From IMG/VR virus record IMGVR_UViG_3300042898_003076, positions 1 through 63,180 of that record: DNA of 63,180 nucleotides; one strand, written 5' to 3'. Shown in pieces: positions 11,389-22,063 of the stretch; positions within the stretch are counted from its first letter, which is position 1, and each line of letters begins with the position of its first letter. The notes beneath the pieces are model-generated. The model did not search any database. It saw only the letters and a list, made by a program, of their open reading frames with translations, and was not told the origin of the DNA. The DNA comes from a virus. Lineage: Duplodnaviria > Caudoviricetes. The translations under genes and the position numbers were made by a program.

Positions 11389-11435
11389 GTAAATTTAAAA
11401 AAAAATCTATAAAGTTTAATAAACTTTAAAAGTTT
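11389..11435 (-). promoter_or_regulatory. Putative promoter (TAAATTTA, -7-like) with AAAGTTT/AAACTTT inverted repeats
   Basis: Plus strand aaagttt-aat-aaacttt-a-aaagttt at 11411-11435, upstream of the 1011-aa gene. Confidence 0.45.
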
Positions 11436-14400
11436 ATGTTGCTTGTCCATCATTGTATCCATAAGGGTTTACATTATAACTTGGGATAATACCTTTTGAC
11501 GCTTTAAGCCACTCATCTGTTTCATCAGTCTTAGGTTTTGTACCAGCCATAGTCTTTGCCATGTCGTAAGCAATTGTCATACCTTTTTCATTTCTCAAGT
11601 TCTCGTTCTTCTCTAAGATCTGATTAAAGTAATCATTAACAGTCATTTGCTTAGAATAATCAGGTTTAATATCTCTAGGGTTTTTAAAGTAGAACATACC
11701 TGTTGGATCAAGAGCAAACTGTGGATTTAACTGATTGATATTGTAGATGTTAGCTCTGTTTGTAAACGCATTTGCTAATTGGTTAACACCAGCATTACGT
11801 CCAAACTTTCTCTCAGTTTTAACAACATCATCTGCTGTTATATTGCTTTCATAGTCTTTTGTTCTACGCGCTGCTTCTCCTTGATTAAATGCATTAAACA
11901 TAGCAGCATTTTGTGCAGCTTGTGCATTTCCTATACGTACATTTTCTCCTTCAGTTCTAGCAGCTGTGTCTGCAATAGCAGCAAGTGCTTGTCCTTGTAA
12001 TTGACCTAGTCTAGCATTATATTGTCTAGGGTCACCAAACTGTGCTAAGTTTTGTGCAGCTATATTAAACTGCTCACCTATTTTTTGGTATTGTCTTTCA
12101 GGACTCAAATACTGTACATTAGGTGTAGTAAAAGCAGGTTTAGCTGACCAAACAGGAGAGCGTTTTACACCTAAGTAATCAGCCATAAGATTTGCACCTT
12201 TTAAAGTATCTTGTACTGTAAATCTTGCAGGAACATTAGGTACTCTAGGTTGTTTTAGATTTTCAGCATATACACCTGGATCTGTATAAGTTTGTTTTTT
12301 ACCATCTCCTTTTACTGGAAGCGTTTCTGATACTCCTTTCTTTGGAGCTCTTTGATCAACAAGTGCATCCCAACGTTTACCAAGAAGGGCATCAAACTTG
12401 CCATCTTTAGGCATGCCATATTTAGTATGCAGTTCAGCTACTTTAGGACCCCAATCTTTATGTTTAGCAAGATGATATTGGAACTCTTTGTTTTGTTCTG
12501 TTGGATCAGCTGATTGAGGTGTAAAGCCCGTTTCTTTAGCAAACTCTTGCCATTGCTCTTCTGTGTATTTTGACGGAGCATCAGCACCTTTATAAGGTGT
12601 AACTAGTAGAGGAGTTTCTTTTTGTACAGGTCCGTATGTTCCGTCTGAATACTTAAGTCTCCAATTACCAGATTTTGTACTATGTTGCCATATACCTTTT
12701 CCTTTTGCTTCTGTAGTTTTACCACCATCTTCATAAGTTTTTAGAGCACCCCCCATTCTATATTCACCAAGTGAATGTATAAGCACTCTCCTCTTACCAG
12801 TTGAACCACCTTCTTTAAAGTCTTCATCTGTTTCTTCAACCATTGAAGATTTTTTTACAACAGCTTTTTTAACTTCAGTGTTTGATTCAGTAGCTTTTTC
12901 AGGAGCACCTTTTAGTAATGCTTCATTTTGTTTAAGCCCTTCTGCATCAGCTGTAGTTGTAGCAGTTGTAACAGGTGCAGCAGTAGAAGTATTTGCAGGT
13001 TTTCCTATATCACCTGCTATAGTTGATTGATCTGCAGCTTGTCTATACGGTGCTAATTGATCAGGATGTGCTTTTAACCAATTAACTTGAGCTTGTTTTT
13101 TTTCTGCAGAATATGGGCTTAATAAATCAGCTTGATATTCTTCTTGACTTTTATAAGCTTTAGGTTCTTTGATTATACCTTGTTTTTTTGTTTTTAAATT
13201 ATTAACATGATTAACAATGTCTTGTTGTTTTTTTCTTAAACTTACAATCTGATCTTTTACAGTAGACAAAGAAGGTTCAAGAGCCATTACCCAAGAAGGT
13301 TGAGTCTCATAATCCTTTTTAAGATTTTGCATCCAAGAAATTGTGTTGTTAATTTCTTTGTCATAGTTTTCTATTTCTTTGTTGTACTTTTCAATAGAGC
13401 TATTTACAGCTTTGAGATTTTCTTTTTTGTACATCTCTTTTCTTTCATAAGCTACTCTAGGTTCAGCATAGCTAGCAAAGTCTGCAGCAAGAGCTTGTGA
13501 TCCTTTAGGTATACCAAGCCAGTTTGTAGCACTTATTGATAGTTCATCCATCAAATCTTGTTGTGCTTCTTTAGCTTGTTCTTCTTTTACCCATTGGTCT
13601 ATTTGATTGTACTTGTCTTGTCCTGTTTGTGTAGAAGTTTGTACTGCTTGTGGGATACCAAAAGCATTTTGTAATTGTGAAGATGCACCAGGATATAATT
13701 CTTGATCCATCATTTGATTTATGAAACCCGCTTGTGCTCTAGGTAAGTATCCTCCTGGAGCAAAGTAATCTATATTTCCACCATATTTTACCATACCTTC
13801 TATTGCATAATTCATACCAGGTTGCTGATCAAGGTTGCCTGTTTTATACGGGTTTTGTGTACCTGTTGCCATACCTGATTCTACATTACTTCCTTGTCTA
13901 CCAATTTCATTAGCTTGTACTGCAGTAACAGCATTATCATAAACGCTACCGTCTTTCATTTGTTGCTTAAGGTTCAACATTTCTCTTGCATTACCAAATG
14001 CTTGAGCGCCTCTTAAGCCACCAAGAATACCTTCAGCTTTTGCTATACCAGATATACCAGCTTTCTTCTTTTTTGTCATCTCCCAATCTTGGTACTTGCC
14101 TGTTAGTCCTTTACCTTCAATTCCTTCAACACCAGCTATTCCTTCTGTACCTTCTTTTGTGTCTACATTTGCATAAGCATCTGATGCTCCGGCATTAGGA
14201 GAATACTCACTAAACTTTGGTAGCATTTTACTCTGAGTGTTTTTACCCCACTCTGCTTTAGGGAGAGGTCCACCAAAGCGAGACATGTTATCTGCTTCTG
14301 CTGTTTCATCATCACCCTGGCCAGGATTCTCTTGTACAAATTGAGCAGGATCAATTTCCATCTCTTCTAAGTACGGCATACCTACTTGTGGCATACCTTG

Positions 14401-14973
14401 AGGAAAACCTTTCATTGACTCTTGATAAATTGCAAGTTTAGCAAGCTTAAGATTGTTATTAGCAATCATTAACTCTGCAGTTTCTCTTTGCAAGTCATCA
14501 GTATTAGGATCAGCTAATATTTTTTTGTATTTGCTTGTATCATACTTCTTAGCAATTTCAGCTGGAGTGTATCCGCCTTTTTTAAAAGGCATACCAAACT
14601 GTGCTAATATAGTAGGATCTTTTATTCTCATCTTGGCTGTATCGGAGAAGATAAATGAATCACTTGGTAAGAACAACGGTGTTCCGCCTGAGTGATGACG
14701 TTTTCCTCCAATGATAAAAGTACTTGGTATACCACCTTTATCTGGGATCATTGCAATCTCATCTTTTTCAGCTTCAAGATTTGCCATGTGTCTAGGTACA
14801 GGTTTTAAAGTTTTGTTTACTTCTGTAGCCGGTTCAGACATTTTACCAGCCATAATAGGCCAAGGCATTACGTTAGAATTAAAACCTAGACCGGCTCTCA
14901 AGCCGTTTAGTTTTACTTCCGCACCTGATTTGGCTTGTGGAAGTTTTGTTATAATTACTCTTCTCTTTTTCAT
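11434..14973 (-). CDS. Virion cargo protein (1179 aa)
   Basis: N-terminal NLEAEKDE...GKRHHSGG...FIFSD motif resembling crAss-like cargo proteins; many aromatic/Met-x-x-GG linkers. Confidence 0.65.
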   Translation of the reverse strand: MKKRRVIITKLPQAKSGAEVKLNGLRAGLGFNSNVMPWPIMAGKMSEPATEVNKTLKPVPRHMANLEAEKDEIAMIPDKGGIPSTFIIGGKRHHSGGTPLFLPSDSFIFSDTAKMRIKDPTILAQFGMPFKKGGYTPAEIAKKYDTSKYKKILADPNTDDLQRETAELMIANNNLKLAKLAIYQESMKGFPQGMPQVGMPYLEEMEIDPAQFVQENPGQGDDETAEADNMSRFGGPLPKAEWGKNTQSKMLPKFSEYSPNAGASDAYANVDTKEGTEGIAGVEGIEGKGLTGKYQDWEMTKKKKAGISGIAKAEGILGGLRGAQAFGNAREMLNLKQQMKDGSVYDNAVTAVQANEIGRQGSNVESGMATGTQNPYKTGNLDQQPGMNYAIEGMVKYGGNIDYFAPGGYLPRAQAGFINQMMDQELYPGASSQLQNAFGIPQAVQTSTQTGQDKYNQIDQWVKEEQAKEAQQDLMDELSISATNWLGIPKGSQALAADFASYAEPRVAYERKEMYKKENLKAVNSSIEKYNKEIENYDKEINNTISWMQNLKKDYETQPSWVMALEPSLSTVKDQIVSLRKKQQDIVNHVNNLKTKKQGIIKEPKAYKSQEEYQADLLSPYSAEKKQAQVNWLKAHPDQLAPYRQAADQSTIAGDIGKPANTSTAAPVTTATTTADAEGLKQNEALLKGAPEKATESNTEVKKAVVKKSSMVEETDEDFKEGGSTGKRRVLIHSLGEYRMGGALKTYEDGGKTTEAKGKGIWQHSTKSGNWRLKYSDGTYGPVQKETPLLVTPYKGADAPSKYTEEQWQEFAKETGFTPQSADPTEQNKEFQYHLAKHKDWGPKVAELHTKYGMPKDGKFDALLGKRWDALVDQRAPKKGVSETLPVKGDGKKQTYTDPGVYAENLKQPRVPNVPARFTVQDTLKGANLMADYLGVKRSPVWSAKPAFTTPNVQYLSPERQYQKIGEQFNIAAQNLAQFGDPRQYNARLGQLQGQALAAIADTAARTEGENVRIGNAQAAQNAAMFNAFNQGEAARRTKDYESNITADDVVKTERKFGRNAGVNQLANAFTNRANIYNINQLNPQFALDPTGMFYFKNPRDIKPDYSKQMTVNDYFNQILEKNENLRNEKGMTIAYDMAKTMAGTKPKTDETDEWLKASKGIIPSYNVNPYGYNDGQAT

Positions 14974-14974
14974 C

Positions 14975-17900
14975 TTAGTCTAAGTATGTTACTGATCCGC
15001 CAGCTTCCATTATTTGTTGAATCTCGTCTTCTGTTAATTCTTGAATACCTCCTACTTCATACATGCCACCATATCTTTGTTGTTGTACTGAAAGAGGATC
15101 TCTTAAAGCTTGACTTTGATTAAGCCTTTCCATCATCCTTTTATTTTGATCAAAGGGTCCTGTTAACATGTTAGAAGAAGGTGTTCCAAATACATTTCTT
15201 GGAGTATAAGCTGGTCTAGTCGTATTTAATGAAGTATTAAACAGGTTATATCCAGATGTTGTAGGATATCCAGATTGAGCAGGAGGAGGAGCAGGAGCAT
15301 AAGCCATGTTATTAGCAAATGTAGTTCCTGCAGGAGCCGTATAATCAGGATTTTCTGGTATAGCATTTTGTACACCCCATTTCTTTTCTCTTCTCCCTTC
15401 TTCTTTCATCATGCGTTTATTTTGTCTGTTAACTTTCATTCTTTCAAACATGTTCATGTCTTCATAATCTTTTTGTGTAGACGTTCCTTTTGGCTCATCT
15501 GATGTACCATACATAAGTTTAAGGTCTTCTTTAGAGTACCTGCTTATGTTAGGATCATTCATCATATCAGCTTTACCTTTTGCAGAACCTTTTCCTTCTG
15601 CTGGAACTTGTACTTGTTGTCCTGTACGTGGATCAAACACTGTTCTGAATTTCATACTTACTTTACGTGCACCTGGACCAAATAAAGCTTTCTTAGCATT
15701 ATACTCTTGCAAGTAAGTATTTTGTGGGTTGGCCATCAGGTAAGGTAACATGTTCTGCATACCTCTACTCATTCTTCCTACATTATAATCATCATTACCA
15801 AAATTGTCATACATGCTTTGGAAACCAGGAGCAAACTGACCTTGTTGTCTCATCATGTTAGGATAACCTGCTTGTTGCATTTGATTATACATAGCTGATT
15901 TTTGATCATATGCATCGGCTTCATTCCAAAAAGCTTGCTTCTTAGCTAGAGCTTCTGGACTTAGATTATTTGGATTAGCTGATGATGTTGATGCAGAGGA
16001 AGGAGAAGGGAATGTTAATTGAGGCATACCAGCAGCTTTTGTAAAATAATCTAGATGGCGTCTACCATCTTGTGCTTTAGGAATATAAGCTGCACCGTAT
16101 CTTGCCATACCTGATTGTGCTGACTGATCCATAGTATTTCCTATACCTTGATTAGTTGCCATATCAGGAGTTCCTTCTAAAGTTCCACTACCTTTTTTTC
16201 TAGCTTTATACTTTGTATACTGATTAGCAGTTCCAAGAGCAAACATTCCTGTATTATACATGTTAGCACCTATTCCTTTATTTTTATTTTTTAACTGGTC
16301 ATATTTATCTTGAATATCAAACATGTTACCTGCATTCATCATGTTAGGAGCATTGAAGGAATTCATGTTGTAACCATATTCTCCTTCAGGCATCTGATAA
16401 GGATTTTGTGCAAACTGCATGCCAGCTTCACTCATTGTGTTGTTTGGCATATTACCTTGAACACCACTCATAAAGTTATTACCAAGTATTCTTGTGTATT
16501 GATCTTGATCATAGTCAGCAACATTGCCGCCGTCAGCCATGTTAGATATAATGTTTTGTTGAACATTTTGAGGTAAAGCTCTAAATCCAGGATTGTTTAT
16601 ACCACCATCAGCATAATCATAAGGGTCACCGCCTTGTGAAAAAATAGGATAGTCCATCATATTATCTGGGCTCATGAAACCACCAGATTGAAATCCACCA
16701 TATCTTTGTTTTGCAATTACAGGTGTAGGATTATATGAATCATAAGCACCGCTTTTTGTATTATAGACATAATCTTGTGGTGTACCACTTTGACCAGTCT
16801 TATGAAACAGCTGTGCTCCTTCAGGAGTTGTTCCTGCACTGCGTGTCCAAGGATGTGCTTTATTCCACTCTTCTTGTTTTTTTGCCTTATTTATAAGATC
16901 TTGAGTATACGCTTGATCTTTAGGAGCAAGTACATTTTTCTCATACATGTCAGCATCCATAGCAGGTACTGGAGTAGGATTAATTATTTTACCAGGTTGA
17001 GCATAGTACATACCACCATCTTCCATGTATCCACCACAGTTCATACAAGGCATATACATATTATTAGCACCACTAGGAAGACCACCACCCATATCATAAT
17101 GTGCCATCCATGGAGAACCAGAAAAGAAATAATCACTAGTTGGTTGCTGAGGATAAGCAATTCCACCATGCTCATAAAAACCTACTGGTCCTTTAGGAAT
17201 CCAATTAGGTGCATAAAATTCTGATTCTTGTTGACCTGGAGTATCTCCTGCAGTAGGTGCCTGAGGAAATGCTATTCCTCCTTTGTAATATTTTTTCATT
17301 GGGTTTGGGTTATAAAAGTTTCTACCGCGTGGACCAAATAAGGTTTCATTGCGGCGCATTAATTGATTTATACTTGATTTAATATTTTTGTTTGTTTCAC
17401 GTCTGTTTAGTAAAGCTCCACCTCTTCTGTATTCTTCATCTAGTTCATCTAACCAACCACCCATTTTTTTAGATACAACATCAGCATTACCATCAGGTTC
17501 AAACTGTGGTATAAAGTCAGCTGGTATAGCTGCTGTAGAACTAGGAATATCTTTATTGTAAAGTCTCTTCATATCTTTAACCTTTTCTTTCATACCACCT
17601 ATTACAGGCACCATCTTCTTAGTATCGGGGTCCATTCTCCAAGCTATTCTCTTTCCTGCAGTTGTGTCCTTAGGGGTAGTAGGCATTCTTAACTCAGGCT
17701 CTTGTTGCTGAGTAGGTAAACTCATTTGTTTTTGTTGTAAGTAATCTACAATTTCTTGAGGTACTGCTTCTTTTTTCTTGATAGGAGTAAGAGTTCTTTT
17801 AAGAGTTTTTGGAGTAGTTACTTTAGTAGACTCTTTATAAACTATAGGTTGAGTTGGTTTTTTATAATAGGCTTGATCTCCCCACCGACTCCCATTATTT

Positions 17901-20900
17901 TCTGACATTACCCCAAACTTATCTGGACTTATCACATTACCTGTAGTAAAATATCCTATAGGACGAGGTTGACCAGGATAGAATCTATCTTCAGGTCTAA
18001 GATATGCAAACTGCTCATGAAACTCATTTGCGCCTATAAATGGAGGATTAGGATTTGCTGGTATTCCAGGAGCCCAAGTTCCATCCATAATTCTTTTCAT
18101 GCCCTCTATTCCATGATTATACCACGATAAGCTATCATTATAAGCTTGTAATCTAGGATCATTAGGATCAGTAACATAGATAGGAGTTCTTCCACCTTTC
18201 TGCATCTTAGCAGTACCTCCACATTTATGACATGTTGCAATATCAGTTCCACCATCTACTGCTTTCCAAGACCAACCACAACTAGGACAAGTGAGAGTCT
18301 TGTTTAAAAGTGCACCACCTCTTTTTTTGTACATAAAAATTTCATTACCTGGTTGAACCATATTATAACTTCCTGGAATTCTAGGGCTGATGTCTTCTAC
18401 ATAACCTTTGTTTAAAAGGTTTTCGTATCTTTGTCTTCCAAGATCTGTATGACCTGTAGCACCAGAATAAAGTCTTGAGCCTCTTTCTTTAAGAGCTTCA
18501 CTTATAGCTTTATTAATTTCTCCACTATAACCTTGACCCATTAGTTGTTTACCAACGTCTTCAGCTGCAACCGTAAAAGGAAAGTCACCTGATTTAGCTA
18601 ATCCTGGAAACTGTGCATTTCTAAAGTTTGTAGCATCTACATAATCTTTTGCAAAGCCTGGTTTTACACCTTTTAATTCTTGAATACCTTTTAATATATC
18701 AGAAAATTTTGGTGCAGGTTTTCCTACTGGAGATAAATCTATAAAACCTGTAACGTCATCACCTACTTTTACACTAACTCTATTATTTGGATTATTAGCA
18801 CTAAGCTTTACTGGTAATTCTCCTTTTTTAATACCAACTCCTTTTGCAAGTTTTTCATTTGCTTTTTCAACAACTTCTTTTAAGTCAGGAGCTTTAACAC
18901 CTTTTACAAGTTTCTTGCCTACAAATTCATCAGCTTTATTTAAAGCTCTGTCTATTTTTGAACCTTGTAATACATCATAAAGGTGATTAGCAAGTTTTAT
19001 TTTTTCTTCATCATTACCGTGATTAAAAACAGCATCAATAATACGTGTATCAAAATCTTTGTCTTTTAAATTTTTTAATAAGTTATCTGTTGATCCAAAC
19101 TTGTTATAAAAATAATTTGAAACAGCATCTAAGTCATTAAAATTATTAGAGGTTTTAATATTATTAAGTTGAGTGTAATTTTGAATAGGTGTTGTACGTT
19201 GAGTTAATTCTTGTAAAGGTTTAATTATTTTTTTGTCAGCAACGTTTGCTGCAACTTTTGCACCTTTGCTTAATTGTTTTTGTGTAGTCTCTAATGCTTT
19301 CTTTACATAAGGTGATGCTGATTTTATACCAGGAACAGCTGCTGCCATATCTCCTAATCTTTGTAGACTACGCATGCTTGCATCTTTATATTCTTGTGGT
19401 ATTTCATTACCGGTTAAATCAAGCATACCTGCTGCACCAGCCTTGGCAAAATCTTTGTACATCTCAGGATCAAAAACATTTGTTGCTGCATTGTACATGG
19501 ATCTACCTAGAGAAGCTGGATTTATATAGTCTTGAGCTAAGTCTAAATAATTACTTTGTCCCTGTGTAAAATTATCAGGCAAATAACCATGTTGATACAT
19601 GTTAGTTGCTGCAGTAAAAGGATTTGTTAGAACATCTAAAGCTTTTGATTCAAATTTTTGTGGTACTCTTTCTTGTAAGACATCAGGTGTTGATGATTGT
19701 GCAACAGCTCTATTGTGTGCAGCAATCTGTTGTTGTCTCATTGCCGGACCCATTACTCTTGGGTCAAAGTTTGGCATTGGTTTATTAACCTGAGAGTTAT
19801 ACATCTGCGCTTTTGGTAAACCACCACCAAATTTTCTATTCTCTGCTAGGTATCTATTGTGTTGATCAAAGTCTGCTTGAATTTTATTATAGTTTTCAAG
19901 ATAGCGTTTAATCTTTTCTGATTCTCCTTTGGCTTCACCTTTACGTAAAGTGCGTGGCATACTCCATTGATAATAAGTTTTTTCTGCTTCTGATAAATCA
20001 GCTTTATTACCAGCTGTTTTAGCATACTTATCTTGTACAGATCTATTATCTTTTAGAAGGGCCATTGTTGCTATTGCAGCATGTTCTGAATTCCAAGGAT
20101 CATAATTGTCTTTTCTAATACCAGCACTTGCAAGTTTATTAGCTAAACTTTTTTTGCCAAATAAAACATCAGGATTAATTTGTGTAATCCCTTTTGTGTC
20201 ACCAAATCCTAATTTGTCTGATACATATGAGGGTATAGGTAAACCATACTTCCATCTTATAGTCGTATCATCTCCTCCACCTGTTTCTGTTAAAGCTAAT
20301 GCCGCAGCATGTCTTGCATAATTGTTGTATTCATCATCAGACATACCTAATGCATTTGCATAAAGATCTTTGTTTTTTGACAAACTTTGTACAAATGGTT
20401 CATACTCATCTGGATCATAATCAGCACCTTTAGTCTGAATCTTTAAAGGATTCATTTTACTGCCTTCAAGTTTACCTTGTTTCTTAAGATTTTCATAAGT
20501 GTAACCTTGCACCTCTTGAGGAGATGTAATTATACTAAGGGGCATTGAAGAAAATGTAGGGTCAGTTATAGGTGATATTTTTCCAAAATCATAGATGTAT
20601 GGAACACCTTCTGGTGAATAACCTATAACTCTTGCACTATGATTTGTAGGTACAAGACCTTGTTTAACATTATATGATTGACCTTTGCCATAATGTTCAT
20701 CAAGACCTGACTGACCAAAATTAACAAGAGAACCAATAGGAAGATTTTGATTTATCCAATATTTTTGTTGATCTTCTTTTGACATACTTTTTAGCATGTC
20801 TTGTGTTTGTGAAGGATTTTTTATTGGAGCTGCTAAGTTTACTTTAGCACCGGCTTGTTTATATAAACCTGCAAGATGCCAACTATCATAAGAATCTTTA

Positions 20901-22063
20901 TTAGGACTATTTGAACCTAATTTTTTGTGCATATTTTCTATAATACGCCATGAATTAGGTGCATTTAGTTTTGGAGCAACATACAAATTATAATAATTGT
21001 TTGCTTGCTCTAAACATGCAGCATCACCTTCTTTACATGTTGCAATTCTTTGATCATAAATGTTTTTATACTTTTCAATTTCTTGAGGAGTGTATATAAA
21101 ATCATTTGTGTTTAATGGAACATTAACTTGTGAGTTATACATCTGAGCCTTAGGAAGATTGCCACCTTGTTCAAATAACATGTAAGGATTACCCCTTCTT
21201 CTATTATTAGGATTTGTTGCTTCTCTTTCAGCTCTAGCCCATTCTTGAGTCATTTCTTGAAAAGTCATATTAGATCTTTCATCAGGAAAGTAAGGCAAGT
21301 TTATAATATTCTTAGCAGGTCCCTTCAACCAATCAGCTGGCATATCAGCAGGAAGAACAAAAGGACCATTACTATTATTCTTAGTAGGAAAACAACCTCT
21401 AGAGGTACATATTTCATCAGGAGGTATTTGATATACTGTTTCATCATTAGGATTCAGTCCTCCCGGACCTGGTCCAAATGTAGGCTCATTAGGCCAAGGT
21501 ATACCAGTATTTCTGCTAGGTGTTATTGGCCAACGTATTGGGCCTGGACCAGTACGTTTTGGATATACTCCCCAACCTGGATCAAGGGGATATTGTCTCC
21601 TTTCTTGTTGTTGCCAAGCGCTCATTATATCTTCCCAAGAAGGAGTATTATTACTTGGGTAATATGGAAGATTTTGATATGTTGGAAATTCTACAGGAGC
21701 AGATTGTGCAAATACATTACTGTTTTGAGGTGCTAAAGAATTCATAAATCTTTTTGCAGCCATCTCATAACCGTTTTCAGCTTTATGCAATCCACCATGT
21801 TTTGCAATTCTCTGATAACGCATTGTTGCATTCTCAGGCATACCTTGCTCAAATACAAAATCATGATTTGGAAAAAAATATCTTTCACCAGGTTTTGCAA
21901 GTATTGGATTACCAGTACCTCTACCACCCATAGGAATCATAAGCACATCATGATTAACATTGTTCATGTCAATGTGTTGTGAAGGAATAATATTGAAATC
22001 ATTAAACCTATCAGGTGAGTTTTTCCTGTAGCCTTCTAGAGATATGTTGCCTCTCTTTTTCAT
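14975..22063 (-). CDS. Polyvalent virion protein (2362 aa) with NlpC/CHAP-like, lysozyme-like, GNAT-like and Zn-ribbon modules
   Basis: CLEQA...NHSARVIG (Cys/His pair); ALTETGGG...TKGITQI (lytic transglycosylase-like); LMGQGYSG...RLYSG...RYENLLNKG (GNAT-like); CPSCG...CHKCG; repeated GG linkers. Confidence 0.65.
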   Translation of the reverse strand: MKKRGNISLEGYRKNSPDRFNDFNIIPSQHIDMNNVNHDVLMIPMGGRGTGNPILAKPGERYFFPNHDFVFEQGMPENATMRYQRIAKHGGLHKAENGYEMAAKRFMNSLAPQNSNVFAQSAPVEFPTYQNLPYYPSNNTPSWEDIMSAWQQQERRQYPLDPGWGVYPKRTGPGPIRWPITPSRNTGIPWPNEPTFGPGPGGLNPNDETVYQIPPDEICTSRGCFPTKNNSNGPFVLPADMPADWLKGPAKNIINLPYFPDERSNMTFQEMTQEWARAEREATNPNNRRRGNPYMLFEQGGNLPKAQMYNSQVNVPLNTNDFIYTPQEIEKYKNIYDQRIATCKEGDAACLEQANNYYNLYVAPKLNAPNSWRIIENMHKKLGSNSPNKDSYDSWHLAGLYKQAGAKVNLAAPIKNPSQTQDMLKSMSKEDQQKYWINQNLPIGSLVNFGQSGLDEHYGKGQSYNVKQGLVPTNHSARVIGYSPEGVPYIYDFGKISPITDPTFSSMPLSIITSPQEVQGYTYENLKKQGKLEGSKMNPLKIQTKGADYDPDEYEPFVQSLSKNKDLYANALGMSDDEYNNYARHAAALALTETGGGDDTTIRWKYGLPIPSYVSDKLGFGDTKGITQINPDVLFGKKSLANKLASAGIRKDNYDPWNSEHAAIATMALLKDNRSVQDKYAKTAGNKADLSEAEKTYYQWSMPRTLRKGEAKGESEKIKRYLENYNKIQADFDQHNRYLAENRKFGGGLPKAQMYNSQVNKPMPNFDPRVMGPAMRQQQIAAHNRAVAQSSTPDVLQERVPQKFESKALDVLTNPFTAATNMYQHGYLPDNFTQGQSNYLDLAQDYINPASLGRSMYNAATNVFDPEMYKDFAKAGAAGMLDLTGNEIPQEYKDASMRSLQRLGDMAAAVPGIKSASPYVKKALETTQKQLSKGAKVAANVADKKIIKPLQELTQRTTPIQNYTQLNNIKTSNNFNDLDAVSNYFYNKFGSTDNLLKNLKDKDFDTRIIDAVFNHGNDEEKIKLANHLYDVLQGSKIDRALNKADEFVGKKLVKGVKAPDLKEVVEKANEKLAKGVGIKKGELPVKLSANNPNNRVSVKVGDDVTGFIDLSPVGKPAPKFSDILKGIQELKGVKPGFAKDYVDATNFRNAQFPGLAKSGDFPFTVAAEDVGKQLMGQGYSGEINKAISEALKERGSRLYSGATGHTDLGRQRYENLLNKGYVEDISPRIPGSYNMVQPGNEIFMYKKRGGALLNKTLTCPSCGWSWKAVDGGTDIATCHKCGGTAKMQKGGRTPIYVTDPNDPRLQAYNDSLSWYNHGIEGMKRIMDGTWAPGIPANPNPPFIGANEFHEQFAYLRPEDRFYPGQPRPIGYFTTGNVISPDKFGVMSENNGSRWGDQAYYKKPTQPIVYKESTKVTTPKTLKRTLTPIKKKEAVPQEIVDYLQQKQMSLPTQQQEPELRMPTTPKDTTAGKRIAWRMDPDTKKMVPVIGGMKEKVKDMKRLYNKDIPSSTAAIPADFIPQFEPDGNADVVSKKMGGWLDELDEEYRRGGALLNRRETNKNIKSSINQLMRRNETLFGPRGRNFYNPNPMKKYYKGGIAFPQAPTAGDTPGQQESEFYAPNWIPKGPVGFYEHGGIAYPQQPTSDYFFSGSPWMAHYDMGGGLPSGANNMYMPCMNCGGYMEDGGMYYAQPGKIINPTPVPAMDADMYEKNVLAPKDQAYTQDLINKAKKQEEWNKAHPWTRSAGTTPEGAQLFHKTGQSGTPQDYVYNTKSGAYDSYNPTPVIAKQRYGGFQSGGFMSPDNMMDYPIFSQGGDPYDYADGGINNPGFRALPQNVQQNIISNMADGGNVADYDQDQYTRILGNNFMSGVQGNMPNNTMSEAGMQFAQNPYQMPEGEYGYNMNSFNAPNMMNAGNMFDIQDKYDQLKNKNKGIGANMYNTGMFALGTANQYTKYKARKKGSGTLEGTPDMATNQGIGNTMDQSAQSGMARYGAAYIPKAQDGRRHLDYFTKAAGMPQLTFPSPSSASTSSANPNNLSPEALAKKQAFWNEADAYDQKSAMYNQMQQAGYPNMMRQQGQFAPGFQSMYDNFGNDDYNVGRMSRGMQNMLPYLMANPQNTYLQEYNAKKALFGPGARKVSMKFRTVFDPRTGQQVQVPAEGKGSAKGKADMMNDPNISRYSKEDLKLMYGTSDEPKGTSTQKDYEDMNMFERMKVNRQNKRMMKEEGRREKKWGVQNAIPENPDYTAPAGTTFANNMAYAPAPPPAQSGYPTTSGYNLFNTSLNTTRPAYTPRNVFGTPSSNMLTGPFDQNKRMMERLNQSQALRDPLSVQQQRYGGMYEVGGIQELTEDEIQQIMEAGGSVTYLD

